From an uncultured Paludibacter sp. (GTDB taxonomy: Bacteria; Bacteroidota; Bacteroidia; Bacteroidales; Paludibacteraceae), in contig CAXXNE010000001.1 in NCBI GenBank assembly GCA_963663115.2, positions 81,862-145,861 of the forward strand: a stretch of DNA of 64,000 nt. The letters run 5' to 3'. Positions 19,849-29,414 of the stretch are shown in pieces. Position 1 is the stretch's first letter; every line of letters begins with the position of its first letter. The position numbers and the translations under genes were made by a program. The notes beneath the pieces were generated by a model that saw only the letters and a program-made list of their open reading frames with translations, was not told the origin of the DNA and did not search any database.

Positions 19849-21381
19849 TTACTTAATATATATCTTGTTTTTCAGAACTAAAAAAACAGAATCAACCATC
19901 GATTTTTCCTTTTTAGTAAATCCTACAAAATAATATAATGCTAATGTCAATAAAGCAGAGAATCCTGAAACAAATAATACTCTGAATATGCTTGGAGCGA
20001 TTAAATATTGAATCAAAATTATACTTAATATAGCTATGAGCGATATTGTTATGGGTTTTAATATAACATCAAGTAAATACTCTTTGATGTCTATGTTACA
20101 TAAAATATTTCCAAAATATAACACTATACTTTGTCTTATGAATTCAAAAATCAACAAAATAACATACATGCTAACAGGAGAATATCCTAATTTAAATGCT
20201 ACAAAAATAAATAAAAATGGAATACTATTGGTTATAGACTTAATAATTGAATAGCTTTTAATTCTACCTATTGCAGATATTGCAGATTCGATGGTAATGG
20301 TTAATTGATTAATAATAAAACATAACATGGATATTGTACAAAATGATACAGTTAAATCTGGAACCTCTTTTAACCAGATTTTAAATAAATAATTCATTTC
20401 AAATATTACAGGAATTCCAATGATGGAAAATGATAAATAGGCTAATTTGCTTCCGGTTTTTATAGATTGTATAAATAAATATTTATTATTAGCCCCTTCA
20501 CTTTTAATGATAACTGGATTCAATGCCCTAAGCAACACACTGGTTATTGCACCAACTTGTCCTATTACCTGTCCCGAAACTCCTTGAGCAGCATTTACTT
20601 TAGTTCCAAAAAAAATATTAATGAGTACATTTTGACCATAACCGGTGAAAACAGAAACAGTACTGGTTAAAAAACCCCATCCGGAAAAAGAAATCATTTC
20701 CTTAAATAGATTCTTATCAAAATACTTTAATGGTTTAAATATTATTTCGGGATATTTCTTATTTACATAAATTATTTTAACTAAGAATAAAAGTAGCGCA
20801 ATCAATAACAAAGCGAAACTATAGACAATTAGTTTATCAAAAACTATCACAAACAATAATAAAGCACCTATTAATTTCAAAATTGTTTCAACAAAACCCA
20901 ATATTGAAAAAAACAACATATCTTCGTGTGCATTAATAGCTGCATCAAAAGGAACTGAAATTACATTAAAAACTGTAATTATTATTACATTAAAATATAC
21001 AATTTTGGCACTTTGAATTTTAGCTGGATCAACATTTAAGAATCCATTAAAAATAAAAAAACTGGATGCAATTAAAATAATGAAAATGACAATTCCGGCG
21101 ACAACATGAATAAGTATACTTATATTAAAGATGGATATTTGTTTATCAAATTTATTTTCTCCTTGCGCATAAGACATAAAACGTTGAGTTGAACCTGCAA
21201 GTGTATTATTTATAAATGCTAGCATTAGAGTAACTCCGGCTACTAAGTTGTACAATCCAAAATCAGAACTACCTAATACATTTAATATAACTCTGGTCGT
21301 ATACAAAGATATGAATAAGGTAATAATCATTCTTGCATATAAATATCCTGAATTTATAAGTACTCTTTTTGATGTACTCAT
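19849..21381 (-). CDS. wzx: Wzx-type polysaccharide flippase (MOP superfamily)
   Basis: 510 aa with about 12 or more hydrophobic helices. N-terminus INSGYLYARMIITLFISLYTTRVIL is typical of Wzx. Confidence 0.7.
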   Translation of the reverse strand: MSTSKRVLINSGYLYARMIITLFISLYTTRVILNVLGSSDFGLYNLVAGVTLMLAFINNTLAGSTQRFMSYAQGENKFDKQISIFNISILIHVVAGIVIFIILIASSFFIFNGFLNVDPAKIQSAKIVYFNVIIITVFNVISVPFDAAINAHEDMLFFSILGFVETILKLIGALLLFVIVFDKLIVYSFALLLIALLLFLVKIIYVNKKYPEIIFKPLKYFDKNLFKEMISFSGWGFLTSTVSVFTGYGQNVLINIFFGTKVNAAQGVSGQVIGQVGAITSVLLRALNPVIIKSEGANNKYLFIQSIKTGSKLAYLSFSIIGIPVIFEMNYLFKIWLKEVPDLTVSFCTISMLCFIINQLTITIESAISAIGRIKSYSIIKSITNSIPFLFIFVAFKLGYSPVSMYVILLIFEFIRQSIVLYFGNILCNIDIKEYLLDVILKPITISLIAILSIILIQYLIAPSIFRVLFVSGFSALLTLALYYFVGFTKKEKSMVDSVFLVLKNKIYIK

Positions 21382-21382
21382 C

Positions 21383-22483
21383 TTATTTTATGCTTTTAAT
21401 AAGAGCCATTAATTCATTTTTATAAATATTATAATTGTATCTTGATTTTATTATCTCATAGCCTCTAATTCCCATTTCATTTGCTATATCCTTGTTTTGA
21501 GCCAAAAAATTTATTGCATTTCTCCAACCTTTTAAATCTCCATAAGCAACTTTCAGTCCAATACCTTCTTTTTCAACATCAAAAGGATATAGGATGTTAT
21601 CTGTCACAACAACTGGCTTTTTACAAGCCATTGCTTCAAAAAGACAAGTTATTCCTGTTAAATTATCATATTCCTTTTCTAAAGGTATTAGCACTGCTAA
21701 ACTTCTTTTATAGGCTGCTCGTATTTGCTCATGTCTACTTAAATTATTACAAATTAATTGATCTTCAAAAATGATATTCTCGGGTATTTGCTCGTCAAGT
21801 TTCTTAAAGTCATTTTGATTTTGAAAAATTTTAAGCAAATAATTGTTTGATTTAAATGCATTTATAAGTAAATTATAATCTCGATTTGCACTCCCAATTG
21901 ACATAAAATAACAATTATCATCTAATTCTATTTCTTTTTTATCATAGAAATCGATATCTGGTCCCCAATGAAGAATATTTTTACAGTTTGATTTTAGTTG
22001 ATATATTTCAGAACATTTATTTAAAGTATTCTCGTTCATAAATGCTAATTTATCTACCCCATTAATAGTAAAAAAACTCAGTACTCTCCAGCGTAAAATC
22101 CAATACCATTTTTCGGAAGAGATTTTATGATTAAATGAATAATGTGAAAATGCAACAATTGGTTTTCTAAGCAGCTTGAAGTAACGTAACAAAATTACTA
22201 AAAAATAAAAATTATCTAAAGAAAAAAATATAATGTCATATTTTTTTCTTTCTCTAATTATATCAATCTGATATTGAAGACTTCTAAGCAATAAAAGTTT
22301 CTCAATTATTTTAATTAGTCCTTTGCTTTTACGTTTCTTAATAAAAACTATCTCATAGTCAGTATATTGTTCCATAAAATCCATCCATAAAGATGTTTTA
22401 GGAAAATCATTACCCTCTATTAAATACTCTTTTATATTATCAACAGAGTCTTCTATGCCATATAATATTCTTGTCTTTTTCAT
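21383..22483 (-). CDS. glycosyltransferase (GT-B fold, GT4-like)
   Basis: The C-terminal region LIPLEKEYDNLTGITCLFEAMACKKPVVVTD fits the GT1/GT4 nucleotide-sugar-binding domain. Confidence 0.6.
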   Translation of the reverse strand: MKKTRILYGIEDSVDNIKEYLIEGNDFPKTSLWMDFMEQYTDYEIVFIKKRKSKGLIKIIEKLLLLRSLQYQIDIIRERKKYDIIFFSLDNFYFLVILLRYFKLLRKPIVAFSHYSFNHKISSEKWYWILRWRVLSFFTINGVDKLAFMNENTLNKCSEIYQLKSNCKNILHWGPDIDFYDKKEIELDDNCYFMSIGSANRDYNLLINAFKSNNYLLKIFQNQNDFKKLDEQIPENIIFEDQLICNNLSRHEQIRAAYKRSLAVLIPLEKEYDNLTGITCLFEAMACKKPVVVTDNILYPFDVEKEGIGLKVAYGDLKGWRNAINFLAQNKDIANEMGIRGYEIIKSRYNYNIYKNELMALIKSIK

Positions 22484-22550
22484 TAGTTGATATTTGTTCT
22501 ATTGCTTATAAAAATCATAAGTTTAAATTTTGTGGCAATATTCATATTAA

Positions 22551-23564
22551 TTAAAAATCTAACCATTTAACTAGGTTAGTAATTCCATTTCTCGTATTGA
22601 TTTCTGGTTTCCAATTAATAACCTTACTTACTTTCGTATTATCCGCCACAAATACCAATTGGTCACTTTCACGCCAATCAATTTGTCGGTAATTCATTTT
22701 AATAACCAGCATATCTTCCAAAAGGGAAAATAGCTCCAATAATGATAGGCTATTTTCGATACCACCTCCAATATTAAATGCTTGTCCGTAAGCTTCTTTT
22801 ACATCCTTGGCAGCAAAGTAGAGTTTTACCACATCAGAGCCATGTAAAACATCGCGTACCTGTTTCCCGTTACCCGAAATTGTAAACGGCTCTTTAGCAA
22901 TTCCCTTCTTTATTTCCAATGCTTTTTGGCAAAACCATCCAACCCACCCCTGATCAAATGTAGCATGTTGATTGCTTCCGTACATAGATGAATGTCTGAA
23001 CACGATGGTCTTTAAACCATAAATACGGTTAAAATCGCGAAGGTACTGGTCTGCCGCACCTTTCGAGCATCCATAAGGCGAATGAAAATCCAACGAAATA
23101 GTTTCAGGAAAACCATTGGGGTATTCACTGCATAGGTAACGTGTTTCGGTCTCGTCGAAGGTAAGATCGGAAAAATCACCATACACTTTATTTGTAGAAG
23201 AATAAAGTACAACTGAGTGTGGTGAGTATTTGCGAACAGCATCCAGCAAATTAAACGTACCCATTGCATTAACTTCAAAATCCAATCTGGGATTTGAAAT
23301 TGAAGTAGTCATTGCCACCTGTCCAGCCATATGAAATATATAATCCGGTTTAATTTCTTTAATAACAGTTTCAATATCATTATTATTCCTGATGTCGTAA
23401 GGATAATATTTAAAATCACCCTGTTTGCGTAGCCATTCAAGATTAGCCCCACTACCAAAACGAAATAAATTATCAAAAACAAATAGTTCCTCTCCCCTTA
23501 TTAATACTTCTGCAGCAAGATTACTGCCTATAAAACCACATCCACCTGTTATTAGATACTTCAT
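22551..23564 (-). CDS. rfbE: CDP-paratose 2-epimerase-like (tyvelose epimerase) SDR
   Basis: Collinear similarity to remembered Salmonella RfbE over the full length: ITGGCGFIGSNL, GQVAMTTSI, YSSTNKVYGD, HSPYGCSKGAADQY, DQGWVGWFCQKA, FTISGNGKQVRDVLH, SLSLLELF. Confidence 0.75.
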   Translation of the reverse strand: MKYLITGGCGFIGSNLAAEVLIRGEELFVFDNLFRFGSGANLEWLRKQGDFKYYPYDIRNNNDIETVIKEIKPDYIFHMAGQVAMTTSISNPRLDFEVNAMGTFNLLDAVRKYSPHSVVLYSSTNKVYGDFSDLTFDETETRYLCSEYPNGFPETISLDFHSPYGCSKGAADQYLRDFNRIYGLKTIVFRHSSMYGSNQHATFDQGWVGWFCQKALEIKKGIAKEPFTISGNGKQVRDVLHGSDVVKLYFAAKDVKEAYGQAFNIGGGIENSLSLLELFSLLEDMLVIKMNYRQIDWRESDQLVFVADNTKVSKVINWKPEINTRNGITNLVKWLDF

Positions 23565-24469
23565 AAACTGATTAGCTTTTTTAAGTTATCAAAATTATTT
23601 ATAGTATATTTATTGCCGGTGATCTCATTTAGTTTATGAATATCACACTTTAAATCCATCATTTCATTTTCTCTGTAAGGTAATGCACCATAGTTTATTT
23701 TTGAAGAAGAGCCTATTTGTTTTTTGCAAAACTCGATAATCTCTTTTAATGAAATACTAACCCCACTACTTACATTCACGATTTCACCAACTGTATTTTT
23801 GAAATTAAATAATAGCTCTTTTATAATACATAAAAATTCATCCACATAAATAAAATCACGTTTTTGTTCACAAGGTGTAACATCCAGTGTTTCATTATTC
23901 TTTAGTTTCTGAATTACATAGGGGATAAATTTTGACGAATGTTGTAATGGTCCATATAAATTCCCCGGGCGAACTACCGTAATTGGAAAAATGTAATTTT
24001 GTTTTAACATTAATGCTGTATTGGTAGTAAGTTGTTTAACCAATGCATAAGGAGAATTTGGTTGTTCACGAATGATTTCTTCAAATGGAGAAGTAGCACT
24101 TCCGTATTCCTCAGAGCTGCCAAATTGTACAAAAAGTTTTAATTGTTTGTTGTTTTGAAAACGATAAAAAAGATTTAAAAGAATTTTTAAGTTTGTTGAA
24201 ATTAACTCATCAAAAAGTTTCAAATCCCTTTCAGCCGTTACTACTGAAGCTAGATTAATAATATAATCAGGAGATTCAGAAGTTTCAGGCAATTTATTTT
24301 CAACTAAATCTATTTCGATTGTTTTTACATCGGGATATGATAGAAAATACTCATTATCAATATATTTGTCAAAGACAAAAATTTCAAAAGAATTATAGTA
24401 ACATCGTACCATATTCTTTCCTATAAAACCACTGCCTCCAATGATATATAATATTTCTTTTTTAATCAT
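23561..24469 (-). CDS. CDP-paratose/abequose synthase-like short-chain reductase
   Basis: GGSGFIG Rossmann N-terminus, YALVK catalytic region and QKRDFIYVDE. Its position between rfbH and the epimerase matches rfbS/rfbJ. Confidence 0.5.
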   Translation of the reverse strand: MIKKEILYIIGGSGFIGKNMVRCYYNSFEIFVFDKYIDNEYFLSYPDVKTIEIDLVENKLPETSESPDYIINLASVVTAERDLKLFDELISTNLKILLNLFYRFQNNKQLKLFVQFGSSEEYGSATSPFEEIIREQPNSPYALVKQLTTNTALMLKQNYIFPITVVRPGNLYGPLQHSSKFIPYVIQKLKNNETLDVTPCEQKRDFIYVDEFLCIIKELLFNFKNTVGEIVNVSSGVSISLKEIIEFCKKQIGSSSKINYGALPYRENEMMDLKCDIHKLNEITGNKYTINNFDNLKKLISL

Positions 24470-24555
24470 TTAGGTGATAATCTGTATTATTCTGTGTCAA
24501 ACTTAGTGCAACTTAGTAGCCAATTATATATCACAAAGTTAAAACTTTACTAACT

Positions 24556-25875
24556 TTATAAACTATTTATAAATTCCTCAAGCACTGTAGCTTCATATTC
24601 AAACATTTCATCCGTCAATCCCGGATAAGTACCTAGGAAGAAAGTATTATTCATAATAGTATCGGTGACTTTCAGTGTATCAGCTATACGCCAGTTTTTA
24701 CCTACAAAGGCCGGCTGTTTGGTCATATTGCCGGCAAAGAGGTTACGGGTTTCTATCAGTTTACGGTTAAAGTAAGATGTAATTTTATCGCGGGTAAATG
24801 GCGCATCGGGTTTAACCGTTACAATAAATGCAAACCACGCTGGGTCGGCATTTTCGGTAGCTTTAGGCAGACTAAAATATTGTGGATATTTCGAGAAAAT
24901 AGCGTAATGCTTTTTGAAGTTCGCACGTCGCTTATCGCAGAAGTCCGCTAATTTATCCATTTGAGCCACGCCAATTGCAGCTTGCAAATCGGTCATTTTC
25001 AGATTATAACCAACTTCGGAATACACATATTTATGGTCGTATCCAAATGGTAAGTTTCCAAACTGTTGCGCAAAGCGTTTGCGGCAGGTATTATTTTCAC
25101 CACCCAGACAATAACAGTCGCGTCCCCAGTCTCGAAAAGCACGTACCAAATTAGCTAACTGTGCATCGTCGGTAACAATTGCTCCCCCTTCACCTGTTGT
25201 AATATGATGCGCAGGATAAAATGAAATTGTAGATAAATGACCAAACGTACCCGTATATTTACCCCTATATTTACTGCCAAAGGCATCGCAGTTATCTTCT
25301 ATTACCCATAAATTATGTTTATTGGCCAATGCCATAATAGCATCTAAATTAAACGGATTACCAAGTGTGTGAGCAATAAATATACAGCGGGTTTTGTCGG
25401 TAATAGCTTTTTCGGCTTGTTCAATATTGATATTATAGGTTTCGATATCCACATCTACAAACACGGGAACCAGACCACACTGTATAATAGGAGTTACAGT
25501 GGCAGGAAATCCTGCTGCTACCGAGATAACCTCATCTCCGGGTTTCAACCTACGGTCACCTAATTTCTCAGAAGTAAGAGCTGAGAATGCTAATAAATTA
25601 GCCGAAGAGCCTGAATTAGTCAGCAACACATGTTCTACATGCAGGAAATCAGCAATTTTACGGGCAAACTCTTCGGAATACCTGCCTTCGGTTAACCAGA
25701 AATCCAATGATGCTTCTACGGCATTCACTATTTCGTTTTCATCAAAAACCCTTCCGGCATAGTTTACCTTCGATTTTCCCGGCGTAAATGGTTGCGGGGT
25801 AAATTTAGCCTTGTAATATTCTTTTGTTTTCTCTATTATTTCCTGTCGGAGTTGTTCGTGGTCTGTCATATACAT
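24556..25875 (-). CDS. rfbH: CDP-6-deoxy-D-xylo-4-hexulose-3-dehydrase (E1, RfbH/DdhC)
   Basis: ~437 aa, DegT-like, with the RfbH-type layout (VNYAGRVFDE, FWLTEGRY, GNPF, FYPAHHITTGEGGA, FRDWGRDC). An alternative start lies at ATG 25867-25869. Confidence 0.85.
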   Translation of the reverse strand: MYMTDHEQLRQEIIEKTKEYYKAKFTPQPFTPGKSKVNYAGRVFDENEIVNAVEASLDFWLTEGRYSEEFARKIADFLHVEHVLLTNSGSSANLLAFSALTSEKLGDRRLKPGDEVISVAAGFPATVTPIIQCGLVPVFVDVDIETYNINIEQAEKAITDKTRCIFIAHTLGNPFNLDAIMALANKHNLWVIEDNCDAFGSKYRGKYTGTFGHLSTISFYPAHHITTGEGGAIVTDDAQLANLVRAFRDWGRDCYCLGGENNTCRKRFAQQFGNLPFGYDHKYVYSEVGYNLKMTDLQAAIGVAQMDKLADFCDKRRANFKKHYAIFSKYPQYFSLPKATENADPAWFAFIVTVKPDAPFTRDKITSYFNRKLIETRNLFAGNMTKQPAFVGKNWRIADTLKVTDTIMNNTFFLGTYPGLTDEMFEYEATVLEEFINSL

Positions 25876-26036
25876 TTGTTAGTTTTTGATCTAATAAATA
25901 AGGTTAAAAAATGAGTTCCCTCACTTCGTGTCTCCCTTTACAGAGTTCCCTCACTTCGTTCGGGATGACAATTTTGCTATGATATATATTCCGCTGCCTG
26001 GCTTTTGTCAGTATCAATATCTTTTTCGTGGCAGCG

Positions 26037-26160
26037 GTTCGTAAACTTCTCTTAACCGTCGCTTAATGAAGCTTCGAATCGAGAAACTCGTTGGCGACGG
26101 TATTTTGCCCCCAACCATTACATTGTCATTCCGAGGGCAACGAGGAATCTAACATTTTTA
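26037..26160. repeat. copy A of a ~125-bp direct repeat flanking the GIY-YIG gene
   Basis: Aligns base for base with 26487-26610 at an offset of exactly 450 bp, with about 5 mismatches. Contains an ACCGTCGC...GCGACGGT inverted repeat and the motif TTGTCATTCCGAG. Confidence 0.9.
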
Positions 26161-26470
26161 ATTGTTTATTCGGTAACTTAATTTCATTATTTTCAAATAA
26201 TTCAAGCCATGCCGGATTTAAATTATTAATTAAATTATTCTTTTTTTCGCGGGAATAACCTTTAATTTGTTTTTCTCTTGCTATAGCCTGACTCACATCC
26301 TCAAACAGCTCAAAATAAACTAACTTTTTTACGTTATATTTTTTTGTAAAACCTTCATTTAAACCAGACTTATGTTCAGTTATTCGTCGTAATAAATTAT
26401 TTGTAACACCTGTGTAAACCACAGTATTACTTTTATTTGTAAGAATATAAACATAATAATGATTTCTCAT
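26126..26470 (-). CDS. GIY-YIG nuclease-family protein
   Basis: YYVYILTNKSNTVVYTGVTNNLLRRITEHK is the GIY-YIG (UPF0213-type) signature. The last ~10 codons are encoded by repeat copy A. Confidence 0.85.
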   Translation of the reverse strand: MRNHYYVYILTNKSNTVVYTGVTNNLLRRITEHKSGLNEGFTKKYNVKKLVYFELFEDVSQAIAREKQIKGYSREKKNNLINNLNPAWLELFENNEIKLPNKQLKMLDSSLPSE

Positions 26471-26486
26471 TTTTTTATTAATTTCT

Positions 26487-26610
26487 GTTCGTAAACTTCT
26501 CTTAACCGTCGCTTAATGAAGCTTCGAATTGAGAAACTCGTTGGCGACGGTATTTTGCCCCCAACCATTACATTGTCATTCCGAGTGCAACTAGGAAACT
26601 AGAATTTCAG
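26487..26610. repeat. copy B of the ~125-bp direct repeat
   Basis: See copy A. It lies between the rfbG stop (26635) and the GIY-YIG start (26470). Confidence 0.9.
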
Positions 26611-26634
26611 AAGTCTATCTTCTGTTGTCTGTCG

Positions 26635-27705
26635 TCACAAAAGATACTCTTCAATTTGTTTTTCAGTAATAACCCTTGCATCATCTCCGTTCAATAGCTC
26701 TTTATTCCATTCCACAATGCTCTCCAGAGTTTTATGAATATTCCATTTAGGAAACCAACCTAGTTCGTTTTTTGCCTTGGAGCAGTCTAGCTTCAGATAA
26801 TTTGCTTCATGTGGTTGTGGATTTTTATCAACGGAATACCGGGCATTATCACCCCATAGTTCACATATCGTTTTTGTTATCCATTCCACATTTCGTGCAT
26901 CAGTATCATCGGGACCTAAATTCCAACCCTGTGCATATTTTGTACCTTCTAAATAAAGTAGTTGTGCAAGCTTCAGATATCCGCTTAATGGTTCCAATAC
27001 ATGTTGCCATGGCCGTATTGCAAACGGACTGCGAATTTGTACTTCCCTTCCGGAAGTTATAGCACGAATAAAATCAGGAATCAAACGGTCGTTGGCCCAG
27101 TCGCCTCCGCCAATCACATTTCCTGCACGTGCCGAAGCCAATGCAAGTCCATGAATTTCATATTCTTTGGGATTGAAAAAAGAATTTCGAAACGATGAAG
27201 TCACCAGTTCTGAACAGCCTTTACTGTTTGAATATGGATCGTAACCACCCATAGGTTCATTTTCACGGTAACCCCAATGCCATTCTTTGTTTTCATAGCA
27301 TTTGTCGGTGGTTACATTGACAACAGCTCTGACACTTTTTATCTGTCGGAGAGCATCCAACAGGTTCACCGTCCCCATAACATTGATTTCGTAAGTTTCC
27401 CGTGGATTCTTATACGATTCACGTACAAGTGGCTGAGCTGCCATGTGAATAACAATTTCAGGTTGAATTTTCTGTAATGTATCTGACAACAATTTGAAAT
27501 CTCGAATATCTCCGATAGTTGAATGAACAAAAGTATCAAGTCCTGCTTCAATATACAAACTGGGTGTTGTAGGTGGGACTAAAGCATAACCATACACTTC
27601 TGCACCAAGTTTATTAAGCAGTAAACACATCCATGAGCCTTTAAAACCGGTATGACCGGTTATCAACACCCTTTTCCCTTTATAAAATTCTTTAATTCCA
27701 ACCAT
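26635..27705 (-). CDS. rfbG: CDP-glucose 4,6-dehydratase
   Basis: VLITGHTGFKGSWM, DKCYEN and YSNSKGCSEL are typical of RfbG. Confidence 0.9.
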   Translation of the reverse strand: MVGIKEFYKGKRVLITGHTGFKGSWMCLLLNKLGAEVYGYALVPPTTPSLYIEAGLDTFVHSTIGDIRDFKLLSDTLQKIQPEIVIHMAAQPLVRESYKNPRETYEINVMGTVNLLDALRQIKSVRAVVNVTTDKCYENKEWHWGYRENEPMGGYDPYSNSKGCSELVTSSFRNSFFNPKEYEIHGLALASARAGNVIGGGDWANDRLIPDFIRAITSGREVQIRSPFAIRPWQHVLEPLSGYLKLAQLLYLEGTKYAQGWNLGPDDTDARNVEWITKTICELWGDNARYSVDKNPQPHEANYLKLDCSKAKNELGWFPKWNIHKTLESIVEWNKELLNGDDARVITEKQIEEYLL

Positions 27706-27746
27706 GTCTCAATAGTAAATTGTAAATGATAAAATTGTAAATATCC

Positions 27747-28526
27747 TTACCATACTTTCCACGGTGCAACTCCTTTATCCCACATTTCGTTTAGCTCTGT
27801 GTTATCGCGCAGGGTATCCATGGGTTTCCAAAATCCTTTATGTTTAAAAGCCGACATTTGACCTGTTGATGCAATTTTCTCCAGTGGTTCCCGCTCAAAT
27901 ATCACCTGATCACTATCCGGTATATAATCAAAAATCTCCGGCTGGCAAATAAAATAGCCGGCATTGATCCAGTTTCCATCTCCCGATGGTTTTTCCATAA
28001 AAGAATTGACATTACCCTGTTCATCCATATCTAATGCACCAAACTTTCCACTTGGTTTATACGCAGTAACTGTTAGTAGTTTGCCGGAATTTTTGTGAAA
28101 ATCGATGGTTTCCTGTATATTCAAATCAGCCACCCCATCGCCATAGGTGAGTAAAAAAGGTTCATTACCTACATATTTCTGAATACGCTTGATACGTCCT
28201 CCGGTCATGGTATTTAGTCCGGTATCAATCATGGTTACTTTCCAGGGTTCAGTATGATTATCGAGTACCTCAATACTGTCCTCCACCAAATTGACTGTAA
28301 TATCGCTGTTGTGACGAAAATAATTGGCAAAATATTCCTTGATAATATAACCCTTGTAACCACAGCAAATAATAAAATCGTTGATACCATAATGGCTATA
28401 GGTTTTCATGATATGCCACAGGATAGGTTTACCACCTATTTCCACCATGGGTTTTGGAATCAGATTGGTAGCTTCACTTAATCGTGTGCCAAAACCACCT
28501 GCAAGTATTACTGCCTTCATGCTCAT
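27747..28526 (-). CDS. rfbF: glucose-1-phosphate cytidylyltransferase
   Basis: MSMKAVILAGGFGTRLSEATNLIPKPMVEIGGKPILWHIM. The start is set at ATG 28524-28526, which overlaps the upstream TGA (ATGA coupling). Confidence 0.9.
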   Translation of the reverse strand: MSMKAVILAGGFGTRLSEATNLIPKPMVEIGGKPILWHIMKTYSHYGINDFIICCGYKGYIIKEYFANYFRHNSDITVNLVEDSIEVLDNHTEPWKVTMIDTGLNTMTGGRIKRIQKYVGNEPFLLTYGDGVADLNIQETIDFHKNSGKLLTVTAYKPSGKFGALDMDEQGNVNSFMEKPSGDGNWINAGYFICQPEIFDYIPDSDQVIFEREPLEKIASTGQMSAFKHKGFWKPMDTLRDNTELNEMWDKGVAPWKVW

Positions 28527-28897
28527 CTTTGTATTATTGAAGTTAATTTGATTTTTCTGTATATCAAAAATAAACAACCCGCTCCCACTATACCAACCAG
28601 ATTACTTAAAATGTCAACCATATCCACACTGCGGTTAAAGCTAAAAAACTGCAGGAATTCCAAAAAAGCCGAAAAAACAAAAATAACAGAGGCTTGCAAC
28701 CAAACTATTTTTTTGAATTTCAGAAAAAGAATACATCCGGTCATAACAAAAAAGTAACCACCATGAATGATTAGGTCGTAATACCAATGATGGTCGTTCA
28801 CAACCACTTTCTCCGGATGAAAATCCGGCCAAAGATACAAGGCTGTTGTTATCAGACAAATGATAGAAAGGAATAAAAATTTATAACTACTTCGCAT
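28523..28897 (-). CDS. VanZ-like small membrane protein, first gene of the biosynthetic operon
   Basis: 124 aa with 4 hydrophobic segments and a VanZ-like C-terminus (FLEFLQFFSFNRSVDMVDILSNLVG). Confidence 0.55.
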   Translation of the reverse strand: MRSSYKFLFLSIICLITTALYLWPDFHPEKVVVNDHHWYYDLIIHGGYFFVMTGCILFLKFKKIVWLQASVIFVFSAFLEFLQFFSFNRSVDMVDILSNLVGIVGAGCLFLIYRKIKLTSIIQR

Positions 28898-29390
28898 GTT
28901 TAATAAAAAACTATCTACTTCTTACTACTCACTGTCTTCCAACTTTCTAACTTTCCACTATACAAACTTTCTACTTACTACCAACTACCTACTTCTTTTC
29001 ACGGCAATGCCCCGCCACCCACAGTTGCAGATAGCCAGAGCGCTATAAATAAAGACATTATCCTATACGAATGATTGGAGGGAAAGAGATACAGATTCAA
29101 CAAGGCATCAGACGAGAAAATCATCTGAAGATAACACGAGAAGTATAAAAGTAACAGAAAGAAATACCGACAACTATCGGGTAATGTATTTTATAAGAAC
29201 TTTTAAATTATTTTTTTCTATTACTTACATAGCAACCGGCTACCCGATTGTCAATGTAGTTCATTCTAAATAATTAATTGTCAATTATCAATTGTCAATT
29301 ATCAATTATGTATATACTAATGTTAAACAAATAGCTGAAACTGTCATCACAATTCACTCCATGGAAACTCGTAGCCGGATAAATGCAGCA

Positions 29391-29398
29391 CAAATATA
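29391..29398 (-). promoter_or_regulatory. candidate -7 box (TATATTTG, minus strand) for the biosynthetic operon
   Basis: Perfect TAnnTTTG match about 494 nt upstream of the vanZ-like ATG. The distance is long, so this is weak. Confidence 0.25.
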
Positions 29399-29414
29399 GC
29401 AAAAATTTGTTAAG

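Noticed and set aside
26070-26100. tRNA-like fragment (GCTTCGAATCGAG) within the GIY-YIG flanking repeat
   Set aside because: It has only a superficial resemblance to a T-arm. No acceptor or anticodon stems can be drawn, and the sequence is part of a duplicated ~125-bp repeat.
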